Shown: positions 1-7,806 of the stretch, piece after piece
Position numbering within the stretch: the first letter of the stretch is position 1
How the letters are laid out: each line of letters begins with the position of its first letter
Assembly: GCA_015489555.1 (NCBI GenBank)
Contig: WFZN01000028.1
Span: forward strand, 1 to 25,849
Reading direction: 5' to 3'
Source of the DNA: Candidatus Dojkabacteria bacterium
Lineage (GTDB): Bacteria; Patescibacteriota; Dojkabacteria; GCA-002793355
DNA length: 25,849 bases
Position numbers and translations under genes: made by a program
The notes under the pieces: model-generated
Told to the model about the DNA's origin: nothing
Seen by the model: only the letters and a program-made list of their open reading frames with translations
Database searches by the model: none

Positions 1-488
1 GAATAGACGGCTTGGCGTCGGGTTTATACATGATTACAATTTTTGGGTTTTTACTTCTTAATGTGGCTTTTCCGCAGTCGTTTTGGATATTTGGTAGACA
101 CTCTGTTGCCGCTATGCTAATGAGTCTTTTTGGCACATTATTGGTGTATTTTTACTTTAATATTCCTCCAGCCAGAGTATTTATGGGTAGCCCTGGGGCG
201 TTGCCGATTGGGGCTGTATTTTTCCTTGTTGCAGCATATACAGATACACTTGAAGCCTTTGTATTTTTTATGTTGATATATTTGGTGGATTTGCTTAGTA
301 GTTTTTTACAAATTTTATCAATTAAATTAAGAGGTAAAAGATTGTTTCCAATAGCTCCTATACATCATTATTTTCAGCACAAGGGCTGGCCGGATGCAAA
401 GGTTACTATGCGGGCATATTTTTTACAAATCTTGTTAGTTATGATAGGAATCCTGGTGCAGATATATGTCCGTAAGATGTTCTATTAG
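1..488 (+). CDS. mraY: Phospho-N-acetylmuramoyl-pentapeptide transferase MraY, C-terminal part (5' end outside the window)
   Basis: The frame is open to the left edge (IDGLASG, matching DGLDGLA). Also FNIPPARVFMG, SSFLQI and LFPIAPIHHYFQHKGW motifs with multiple hydrophobic helices. Confidence 0.88.
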   Translation, partial: IDGLASGLYMITIFGFLLLNVAFPQSFWIFGRHSVAAMLMSLFGTLLVYFYFNIPPARVFMGSPGALPIGAVFFLVAAYTDTLEAFVFFMLIYLVDLLSSFLQILSIKLRGKRLFPIAPIHHYFQHKGWPDAKVTMRAYFLQILLVMIGILVQIYVRKMFY

Positions 489-520
489 TTAGTATAAATG
501 TAAAATAAGGCTTAGCGCAA

Positions 521-1954
521 ATGTATACTCAGCTGTTAGTAACTGTTGGTCCTTCTACCATAAAAAAGAATATACTAGAGAAGTTACTTGATATCGGTGT
601 GCGTAATTTTCGGTTTAATTTTAAACATAATAGCGTTGAATGGCATAGTCAGCATATACTGAACCTACGGCATTTAGCTCAAAGAAGAGGAATACACGTT
701 AATGTTATGTTAGATTTGCAAGGGCCCAGCGTAAGGGTTAAACTGGCTGATGCTAATACTAGTATCAAGATTGAGCCTGGAACAATTTATAGTCTGGTTA
801 AAGAAATAAAAAATCCAAATGATATCTCTGTTACACATCCTCAAGTGTTTAGTCACTTAAAAGATGGCAATGTGATATACATGAACGAGGGAAGGTTAAA
901 GTTCATTCTAGAAATAACCGATAAGCTAGAGTATCTTTTACATCCCGAAGTTAAGGGAGTATTACGGAATGGAGTTTCGTTTAATGTTGAAGGTGTAACT
1001 TTTACAAAGCTGCCTGTACTAACAAAGCGAGATCTTAAAGGACTGGATTTAGCAGCGGCTGGGCTGGTAGACACTTTAGCTATCTCATTTGTAAGAGGGG
1101 CCAAAGATTTAGTTACGGTTAAGGAACAGCTTAGGAGGTTAAACGTCGTAGGCGTTGGGTTAGTATCTAAAATTGAAACTACAGCAGCAGTTGAGCGCTT
1201 AGAAGAAATAATTGATGAAAGTGATGTTATTATGATTGCAAGGGGGGATCTTGCACTAGAAACCCCATTTTACAAGGTACCAACGTTACAAAAAGAGATT
1301 ATTGCAGCAGCGCGTGGTAGTTCTGTACCGGTTATAGTGGCTACCCAAATGCTAGAGAGTATGATTAAAAATCCTTTTCCAACAAGGGCTGAGATTTCAG
1401 ACGTTGGCAATGCAGTTTACGATAAAGCAGATGTTTTAATGTTATCAGGTGAAACAGCAATAGGGGAGTATCCTGTACTAGCTGTAGAAACTATGGTAAA
1501 AATTGCTGAATATGTCGAAAGTCACCCCGTGAAGTGTCATTTTGATATACCGTACAGTGTAAAAACTCAGAAACAGAGGTTGATTGCCTCTGTGGCAGAG
1601 CTTATAAAAGAGTATACAAGGGAAAGGGGTTCAAATAGTAAGGTTTTTGTTATACTTTTTGCCCATGATCTTGGAATAATAAATGATTTTGTAAGATATA
1701 GGATACAGGTACCTTCAGCTGTTTTTTGGAAGGGTAATCCCTCAGGTTTTAATCGCTTATTTCTACGTTATGGCATAAAGCATGCATTTTTGTTACAGCA
1801 AAGTTTTGATACAGAACATCTCTTTGTGAATTATGCTATAAAGCGCGTTAAAGATAACGGAGTGTTACGGCCTAATACAAATGTTATTGTAATTTTTGAT
1901 GAGAAGATTTTACCTAAAACACGGGCTGCACGATTAAGAATATTTAGGGTGTAA
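521..1954 (+). CDS. pyk: Pyruvate kinase
   Basis: Motifs TVGPS, RFNFKH, DLQGP, SKIET, IMIARGDLALE, ATQMLESM, PTRAEISDV and MLSGETA; 477 aa. Confidence 0.95.
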   Translation: MYTQLLVTVGPSTIKKNILEKLLDIGVRNFRFNFKHNSVEWHSQHILNLRHLAQRRGIHVNVMLDLQGPSVRVKLADANTSIKIEPGTIYSLVKEIKNPNDISVTHPQVFSHLKDGNVIYMNEGRLKFILEITDKLEYLLHPEVKGVLRNGVSFNVEGVTFTKLPVLTKRDLKGLDLAAAGLVDTLAISFVRGAKDLVTVKEQLRRLNVVGVGLVSKIETTAAVERLEEIIDESDVIMIARGDLALETPFYKVPTLQKEIIAAARGSSVPVIVATQMLESMIKNPFPTRAEISDVGNAVYDKADVLMLSGETAIGEYPVLAVETMVKIAEYVESHPVKCHFDIPYSVKTQKQRLIASVAELIKEYTRERGSNSKVFVILFAHDLGIINDFVRYRIQVPSAVFWKGNPSGFNRLFLRYGIKHAFLLQQSFDTEHLFVNYAIKRVKDNGVLRPNTNVIVIFDEKILPKTRAARLRIFRV

Positions 1955-1956
1955 AC

Positions 1957-2568
1957 ATGAGGGTAAAGGCTTTTCTTTCTGTCGCTCTTTTAGAAAGTAT
2001 AAGAGGCTATCTTCTTAATAAACGTAGGTACATAAGTAAAGAGGCTTTTGTATCGTACTGTTGTTCTGTTCCCCGACCAGTCGCTATAGCAGAGTTAAAG
2101 GAAACAGAGCATGAATTTGTTTTATCGTACAGGGATTCAAGAAGGACAAATTTGGGTCAGGAACCTCTATGTTGTATCTTAAAAAATACCAAGATACGAA
2201 CCTATTTTGTATTAGTTTTTAACAAAACAAGACAAGTATCTAGTGACGTATATAAAATAAACCTTGAATATGGAGTTTACAGGCATGTAGGTGTGTTGGA
2301 TTACTGGGATTTTTTAAGAATAAAAGTCGTGCAAGAGTTGTTTCGAAGTCAATCTTATGGAGGCTTTGATAGCAAGCAACTTGGTAAGAAAGTCGTTATC
2401 GTTGGTAGTGAGTTTTATAAAAAACCAAAAGCCGAGGATATGTACTTATTGCATGAGTTTTACGTGCTTGAAGATAAGTTGTTTTTGGGGGACACCTTGC
2501 CATTTTGGTTAGAAAAACGGAAGTTAGAAAAAAGGAGGTTTTTATTAACAGCTGCTATGTGGGAGTAG
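1957..2568 (+). CDS. Hypothetical protein, 203 aa, basic, no recognised motif
   Basis: ATG 2 nt after the pyk stop suggests translational coupling. It is the only long ORF in this gap. Confidence 0.65.
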   Translation: MRVKAFLSVALLESIRGYLLNKRRYISKEAFVSYCCSVPRPVAIAELKETEHEFVLSYRDSRRTNLGQEPLCCILKNTKIRTYFVLVFNKTRQVSSDVYKINLEYGVYRHVGVLDYWDFLRIKVVQELFRSQSYGGFDSKQLGKKVVIVGSEFYKKPKAEDMYLLHEFYVLEDKLFLGDTLPFWLEKRKLEKRRFLLTAAMWE

Positions 2569-3007
2569 GAGTCGGGGTGTTTGTGGGTGTGGGAGTAGGG
2601 GTAGATGTAGGAGTGGAGGTTGGTGTAGTCGTACCGGTTGAAGGAGATGGTGTTGTAGTTACAGATATTGTCGGGGTTGGTGTGATAGAGGTTATAGGGG
2701 TAGGAGAGGCGGAGGGAGAAGCAGAGGGGGTCGGTGACACAGCCATTCGGGTTAAGAGTTTTTGTGGCAGGCCTTGGTATAAAAACGGGTTTTGAGAGGG
2801 TATAAAAAGATCGTTGTTGGGTGACGTTCCCCCGGATTTATGGTAAGACTGGTTATTGGTTTGGATCAGATGTGATTCTATAAACTTCTTGCGTTGATAC
2901 ATAATTATTGTCAATATGATAAACACCACTACTAGAATAAAGTTTATTATGTGATACAGCTTAGCGTGGTAGCTAGCGCCTTCTTCGAGGTTAAGGCGTT
3001 TTTGCAT
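2555..3007 (-). CDS. Single-pass membrane protein with a Pro/Thr/Ser-rich low-complexity C-terminal tail
   Basis: TM segment IINFILVVVFIILTIIMY; the last ~55 aa are S/T/P repeats ending PTPT-stop; TATAAT lies 5 nt before the ATG. Confidence 0.8.
   Translation of the reverse strand: MQKRLNLEEGASYHAKLYHIINFILVVVFIILTIIMYQRKKFIESHLIQTNNQSYHKSGGTSPNNDLFIPSQNPFLYQGLPQKLLTRMAVSPTPSASPSASPTPITSITPTPTISVTTTPSPSTGTTTPTSTPTSTPTPTPTNTPTPTPT
2558..2730 (-). repeat. Degenerate coding repeat encoding (P-T/S)n
   Basis: Imperfect 6-nt periodicity on the + strand (gtgggagtaggagtcggggtg...) translating on the minus strand to SPTPSASPSASPTP...TPTPTPT. Confidence 0.8.
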
Positions 3008-3037
3008 TTTTGATTATAGCGTATGCTATTATTAAAT
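3008..3037. promoter_or_regulatory. Back-to-back divergent sigma70 -10 elements
   Basis: Minus strand: TATAAT at 3018-3013, 5 nt before ATG 3007. Plus strand: TG-c-TATTAT at 3024-3032, 5 nt before ATG 3038. Confidence 0.65.
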
Positions 3038-4366
3038 ATGGTTTTGTTATTAAGAGATTTTGATTTACAAACTGCTCCAAAATTAAATAAAGAGGCTATA
3101 GTGGGGCGAAAAGTGACAATGCTTAAACCGTTATTAAGGGGGGAAGCTAAATATATTCCAGATTTTTTTGTGGTAACTACCAAAGTTTTTAAGGATTTGT
3201 TTGAGAAAATCTATGTAGACAGTACGTTACCGCCCATAGACAAAGTTAGGCAATATATTTTGGATTATCCTTTTGATACTGAGTTTATCGACAAGCTTGC
3301 ATATGTTTACAGGTCTCTTAGCCGGTGGTCTCTTGCTAAGGTTGCTGTTAGGTCCTCTGTTAGTGCTTCTTCGTTTCCCGGTGTAAGTTTCTCAGGTATA
3401 TATAAAACATACCTTAATGTACAGGGTGTGGATGAGCTAGTTTTGGCAATTAAGAAGGTGTACTTGTCTTTCTTTGATGATGTCGGGTTGCATTATTTAA
3501 AGAGGTATAAAATTCCGTTTACTAAGGTCAATCTGGCGGTTATGGTGCAAAGATTAATCGTGCCTGAGGTGTCTGGCTTGGCATATTCGTTTGATCCAGC
3601 TTTGCACACTCAGGATCATTTTACTATTGAAGCAGTGTATGGGAGTGGAGAAGTAATTGCTGATGGGGAAGTTAATCCGGATGTTTATGTCGTTGATAAA
3701 AGCAGCTTAAAGATTACGGAGAAAAAGATTAGTCCCCAATTTTGGATGCGTTCCTTTGCGAACGTGCGGGTTGCGACTTCTGAGGAAGTCGCAACCCGCA
3801 CCGAGCTCTCCAGGGTGTGGCATTATACGGCCAAATTAACAGATACTCAAATACAGCTTTTAGGGCGTTTGCTTAAAACACTTGATAAATATTACGAGGA
3901 CTTTACAGTAGAGTGGGTATTTAGCGGAAGTCATTTTTATGTACTACAGGTAAAGGGATCTGTACGCAATAGTAAAGGGGGAGCACACCAGAAAGATACG
4001 TTAGCCCCTGGAGTTAAGTTTCCGATATTGGTAGGTACCCCTTTGAGTAGAGGCGAGGTTATTGGCAAAAGCATCGTATTAAGTGAGGAACTACTAGAGC
4101 GCTTAACCGATAAGCAAATTCAGCGTAAAATAAAAAACAAGATCTTGGTGACATCTTCTTTGTCAAGAAGGTTACGTGATATACTGCTTATTACTCCAGT
4201 TAAAGCTGTTATCCTTGATACTGGAAGCGTGCGTTCTGATGTAGGGTTCTTCCTAGAAGAGTTAGGGGTGCCATCTATAGGGGGCACTTATAATGCAACT
4301 AAAGTGATAGAAAGCGGGGCTAAGTTGCATGTTGATGCTAACAGTGGTTCCGTTTATTTGGTTTAA
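3038..4366 (+). CDS. PEP synthase/PPDK-like protein: N-terminal ATP-grasp domain plus swivel domain only, degenerate (ORF track starts at 3023; 3038 preferred)
   Basis: VGRK (~VGGK), VAVRSS, SFSG..TYLNV, VMVQRLI, SGLAYS, IEAVYGSGEVIADGEVNPD.Y, VEW...YVLQ, then a swivel-like tail (GTPLSRGEVIG; EELGVPSIGG; LHVDANSGSVY). There is no C-terminal PEP/pyruvate-binding barrel. Confidence 0.8.
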   Translation: MVLLLRDFDLQTAPKLNKEAIVGRKVTMLKPLLRGEAKYIPDFFVVTTKVFKDLFEKIYVDSTLPPIDKVRQYILDYPFDTEFIDKLAYVYRSLSRWSLAKVAVRSSVSASSFPGVSFSGIYKTYLNVQGVDELVLAIKKVYLSFFDDVGLHYLKRYKIPFTKVNLAVMVQRLIVPEVSGLAYSFDPALHTQDHFTIEAVYGSGEVIADGEVNPDVYVVDKSSLKITEKKISPQFWMRSFANVRVATSEEVATRTELSRVWHYTAKLTDTQIQLLGRLLKTLDKYYEDFTVEWVFSGSHFYVLQVKGSVRNSKGGAHQKDTLAPGVKFPILVGTPLSRGEVIGKSIVLSEELLERLTDKQIQRKIKNKILVTSSLSRRLRDILLITPVKAVILDTGSVRSDVGFFLEELGVPSIGGTYNATKVIESGAKLHVDANSGSVYLV

Positions 4367-4394
4367 AAATACAAAACCTGGTTTAAATTGGCGT

Positions 4395-4820
4395 CTATTT
4401 AACGCTGTTTTTGGGGGCCTTTTTAAGAAAAGCTCTAACGGTAGGGTTGTGTTCAAGACGTTTTAAAAGTGTAAGGGCATCTTTAAAGGTAAGTTTTCCC
4501 CTTTTTACTACCTCAAACAGCATAGTTGGTTCAAGATCACTTATCAGCTGGACTTTTTCAAGTTGAGCATTACGAGTAGGGGTGAAGTTAATAGTTATTA
4601 TCTGACCGGACTCGCATTTTAAACACTTTATACTAGCGATTATTTTGGCACCTACAACTGCACGTATGTCTACCTCTTCTGGAGTAAAACGTTTACCGCA
4701 TTTTTCGCAATAACGTATATGATCGTTAACTATCTTTTGTTTTAACTCAACTACTATTGGATTACTTGTTATAATCTGGGTAGATGTTGGATTGTTTGTT
4801 GAATTGTTGGCTAATTCCAT
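4395..4820 (-). CDS. Putative zinc-ribbon protein (2 x CxxC)
   Basis: CEKC...CLKC spaced as in a Zn ribbon, followed by SDL...LTFKDAL; TATAAT lies 5 nt before the ATG. Confidence 0.8.
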   Translation of the reverse strand: MELANNSTNNPTSTQIITSNPIVVELKQKIVNDHIRYCEKCGKRFTPEEVDIRAVVGAKIIASIKCLKCESGQIITINFTPTRNAQLEKVQLISDLEPTMLFEVVKRGKLTFKDALTLLKRLEHNPTVRAFLKKAPKNSVK

Positions 4821-4843
4821 AAAATATTATATCAGTAGAGTCA
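4821..4843. promoter_or_regulatory. Overlapping bidirectional -10 elements between the Zn-ribbon gene and rpoD
   Basis: Plus-strand TATTAT at 4825-4830 overlaps minus-strand TATAAT at 4831-4826 within a 23-bp spacer. Confidence 0.6.
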
Positions 4844-6166
4844 ATGCCCTCAAAAACTCGCAAACAAACCAAGGCTGTGTCTGCAGGGCACAACAAACGC
4901 AGCGAACAAGTGGCAAGCCGGGGTAAATCTTCAGCTAACCTTTCTAAAGATCAGGTAAGTAAATTAATCGGTGTAAAAACGAGTAATATAACTAAGACAA
5001 AACTTCTAAACTCACCTGGGGTTAAAAGCCTTTTAGAGAAAGGTAAAGAACGTGGATTCGTAGTAGACGAAGAGATATTTGATACTTTAAAAGAATGGTA
5101 TCATCCTGATGTTGTGGATATGCTTTTTCAAGTACTGGAGGAAGAAGGTATAACAGTAAAATACACCCCTGAGTCAATGGAGAAAAGAAGAAAAACTCCA
5201 AGGCAATTAACTTTAAATGAAAAGATTCAAATATTACGAAGAATAATGGCAAGTGCTTCTGGCAACCCATTAAGATCCTATTTAAACGAGATTAGTAATA
5301 TACCATTATTAACAGCAGAAGAAGAGGTAGAACTTGCTAAACGAATAGAAGCTGGTGACAAAGAAGCAAGAGATTTATTTATCTTAGCCAATTTAAGGTT
5401 AGTTGTAAGCACTGCAAAGCGCTTTGCCAAAAGCGGCCTTGATTTTTTGGATCTTATCCAAGAAGGGAACAAGGGCCTAATGAAGGCTGTTGACAAATTT
5501 GATTATAAAAAGGGTTGGAAGTTTTCCACATATGCAACATGGTGGATTAGGCAGGCTATAACAAGGGCGATTGCTGATCAGTCGCGTACCGTTCGTATTC
5601 CGGTACATATGACAGAAAGGATAAGTGAGCTTAAACGAATTGAGCATGAGCTTACTACAAAACTTGGTAGGAAGCCTACTATAGAGGAATTGTCAAAGGC
5701 TGCTAAAATACCGGTTGAGAAGATCTTATATATTCAACGAGTCGCCCAGTCAATAGTCTCCTTAACGGGAGAGCGTTCACCAAGCAGTGCAGAGGACGAC
5801 GCAGTAACCCTAAGCGAGATTATTAGTGATGAAAGTATTGTGGAAGATCCTGCAAAGATTGCTACAAGACGGATTTTAATGGAAAAACTTATGGAGTACA
5901 TTAAAGAACTACCCGAGCGCGAGCGGCAGGTGTTAGAACTTCGTACAGGTATCCATGATGGTATTGCCCGTACGCTAGAGGAGGTAGGGCGTATATTTAG
6001 TGTTACCCGTGAGCGTATACGCCAGATAGAGGCTAGAGCCATTCAAACATTAAAAGAGATAGCTAAAGAACGATTAAAACAAGAGCAGGAGTCACTAAGG
6101 CGTCAAATTAAGGAGGCTATAGATAGGGCAGAAGAACAATTACTAGAAAATGATGTCAAAAAATAG
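4844..6166 (+). CDS. rpoD: Primary sigma factor sigma70 (RpoD/SigA)
   Basis: Region 1.1 LLEKGKERG; 1.2 [20 protein letters not shown]; 2 [62 protein letters not shown]; 4.2 [21 protein letters not shown]. Confidence 0.97.
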   Translation: MPSKTRKQTKAVSAGHNKRSEQVASRGKSSANLSKDQVSKLIGVKTSNITKTKLLNSPGVKSLLEKGKERGFVVDEEIFDTLKEWYHPDVVDMLFQVLEEEGITVKYTPESMEKRRKTPRQLTLNEKIQILRRIMASASGNPLRSYLNEISNIPLLTAEEEVELAKRIEAGDKEARDLFILANLRLVVSTAKRFAKSGLDFLDLIQEGNKGLMKAVDKFDYKKGWKFSTYATWWIRQAITRAIADQSRTVRIPVHMTERISELKRIEHELTTKLGRKPTIEELSKAAKIPVEKILYIQRVAQSIVSLTGERSPSSAEDDAVTLSEIISDESIVEDPAKIATRRILMEKLMEYIKELPERERQVLELRTGIHDGIARTLEEVGRIFSVTRERIRQIEARAIQTLKEIAKERLKQEQESLRRQIKEAIDRAEEQLLENDVKK

Positions 6167-6168
6167 GT

Positions 6169-6174
6169 TATAAT
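6169..6174 (+). promoter_or_regulatory. Putative -10 box for tRNA-His
   Basis: Perfect TATAAT just after the rpoD stop, 24 nt before the tRNA G-1; no -35 recognised. Confidence 0.45.
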
Positions 6175-6198
6175 CATTTAGTTTATTTCTATCAACTT

Positions 6199-6271
6199 GG
6201 TGGCCATAGCTCAGTGGTAGAGCGCCTGCCTGTGGAGCAGGTGGTCGCGGGTTCGAATCCCGCTGGTCACC
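6199..6271 (+). tRNA. tRNA-His(GUG) with encoded G-1; full CCA not encoded
   Basis: Cloverleaf: acceptor GTGGCCA/TGGTCAC with G-1:C73; D arm GCTC/GAGC; anticodon arm CCTGC-CTGTGGA-GCAGG; T arm GCGGG-TTCGAAT-CCCGC. Confidence 0.97.
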
Positions 6272-6335
6272 CATTTTAGTTTTGTCTTACTTTGGCGTAT
6301 TGGCTAATGGTCGTTTTTTGTGTATACTTTTAAAT

Positions 6336-6893
6336 ATGGTTAAACCAGTAAGCTCTGAGATCCCTTACGATACAGTCAATTTACTATATAACAATGTGTT
6401 CGTACTGTCACAGTTGGAGAAATTCCTTTTGTATGTGTCGTACTATCTAAGGTATATAGTTATGATAGTTGAAGCAGTTATTGTAGTGATATTCGTGGTA
6501 CACGCTATGTATGATTCTACGCTTTTAAAACTTGAACGTAAAATAGAAGCATATGTCAATTATTTCAAGAACAATACGGCTGAAGAATCTCACGTAAGAT
6601 ATGTGTTGGGCTTAAATGGAGATTTATTAAAAATCGATCGTGAGAGATATTCCTTATACGAATTAAATAACAAGGTATTAAAACTCGTACCGTCGGGTGT
6701 AGTAGTAAAGAGTGTTTCCTTCTCGGGTAAAGACGTATCATTAAGGGGTAGTGGGGAGTCGTTTTTGGCGGTTGCAAAGCTGCAGGAGAATATTCGCAAC
6801 TCGGTTTTTATAGATAAAAATAGTGTCTATTTCAATGTTACACGCAAACCTCAAGGAGAGGTGGAGTGGGAGGTAAATTTTAAATTTGAATAG
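6336..6893 (+). CDS. pilN: Type IV pilus assembly protein PilN-like (ORF track starts at TTG 6282; ATG 6336 preferred)
   Basis: One N-terminal TM followed by the PilN-like stretch KLVPSGVVVKSVSFSGKDVSLRGSGESFLAVAKLQENIRNS; adjacent to a PilO-like gene; TATACT lies 7 nt before ATG 6336. Confidence 0.7.
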   Translation: MVKPVSSEIPYDTVNLLYNNVFVLSQLEKFLLYVSYYLRYIVMIVEAVIVVIFVVHAMYDSTLLKLERKIEAYVNYFKNNTAEESHVRYVLGLNGDLLKIDRERYSLYELNNKVLKLVPSGVVVKSVSFSGKDVSLRGSGESFLAVAKLQENIRNSVFIDKNSVYFNVTRKPQGEVEWEVNFKFE

Positions 6894-6896
6894 GTC

Positions 6897-7514
6897 ATGT
6901 CTAAAAAGAGTAGTAATGTAATAAAAATTTCTTTAGCTACAAATGGTTTTGTTATAGTATTTATTTTCCTTTTGATCATTTTGGTCATAAGGCCTGCAAT
7001 GACCGAAATTTTTAGGTTACGTAAAAGGTATGCAGAGTATAATCGCGTTTATACGGAGCTATCACGTAAATATGACCAACTTGAGCGTTATAGAGGGGCT
7101 CTCCTAACTAATGATGAGCTTTTGCATAAACTAAACTTCGTCTTCCCTTATGATTATAATTATTCCTATCTTGCAAGATACCTTCAGTATTTAGTCGAAG
7201 ATAAACTGGATTCAAAGATAATAAGTATAGGTTATAACAAGAATGTTAATACAAAATTGGTTCAAAAATTCAGAAAATCAGGAATTACGCGCGTAGAGCC
7301 TGTTACATTTTATATAACTATAGAGGGAGACTTAACTTCCATGTTAGACTTTGTACGCCTTCTTGAGCAAAGCCCTTTTATGCCCCAGGTATTAATGATA
7401 AATTATGAACTAAATAACAAGAAGATAGATAATAAAGAAACATATACTATAACATTTGTAGTATATAAAACCAAAAGGGTAATATCTTATAAAGACATGT
7501 ATGACATACGTTGA
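6897..7514 (+). CDS. pilO: Type IV pilus assembly protein PilO-like
   Basis: N-terminal TM, coiled coil, then FYITIEGDLTSMLDFVRLLEQSP (PilO ferredoxin-like fold motif). Confidence 0.75.
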   Translation: MSKKSSNVIKISLATNGFVIVFIFLLIILVIRPAMTEIFRLRKRYAEYNRVYTELSRKYDQLERYRGALLTNDELLHKLNFVFPYDYNYSYLARYLQYLVEDKLDSKIISIGYNKNVNTKLVQKFRKSGITRVEPVTFYITIEGDLTSMLDFVRLLEQSPFMPQVLMINYELNNKKIDNKETYTITFVVYKTKRVISYKDMYDIR

Positions 7515-7806
7515 TACACCAACTCAGAAAAAACTCCGAGAGTATTTCAAATTGTTAATTATGGGAGGCATAGTATTGGTGGTTACACTAATTGTCGTAG
7601 AAATTTATTGGATAAGCAGAAAGCGGGTTGATATTGTAAGTGAGGCTCACAGCTACCTGATGCCATTGCCTGAGTCAGTAAGTTTAGACTTTCTTTTAGA
7701 AAAAGCAAATGCTGTAGAAGATGAGGAACCCGCCTTAAGCGCTTGGTTTAGCCTTATAGATACAAAAAAGCTCGGAGATACTGCCCAAACTCAAAGGGGA
7801 AACTAA
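7501..7806 (+). CDS. Small single-TM protein, probable third gene of the pilNO operon
   Basis: Overlaps pilO by 14 nt; TM LLIMGGIVLVVTLIVVEIYWI. Confidence 0.7.
   Translation: MTYVDTPTQKKLREYFKLLIMGGIVLVVTLIVVEIYWISRKRVDIVSEAHSYLMPLPESVSLDFLLEKANAVEDEEPALSAWFSLIDTKKLGDTAQTQRGN

Noticed and set aside
2505-2795. 96-aa + strand ORF of Val-Gly repeats
   Set aside because: It is the antisense shadow of the Pro-Thr repeat; the minus-strand ORF has a TM helix and a promoter.
3038-4366. Rifampicin phosphotransferase or canonical ppsA call
   Set aside because: There is no middle rifamycin-binding domain, no C-terminal PEP barrel and no catalytic His.
4367-4394. Small inverted repeat aaacc-t-ggttt as a terminator
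   Set aside because: A 5-bp AT-rich stem with a 1-nt loop is too weak and expected by chance.
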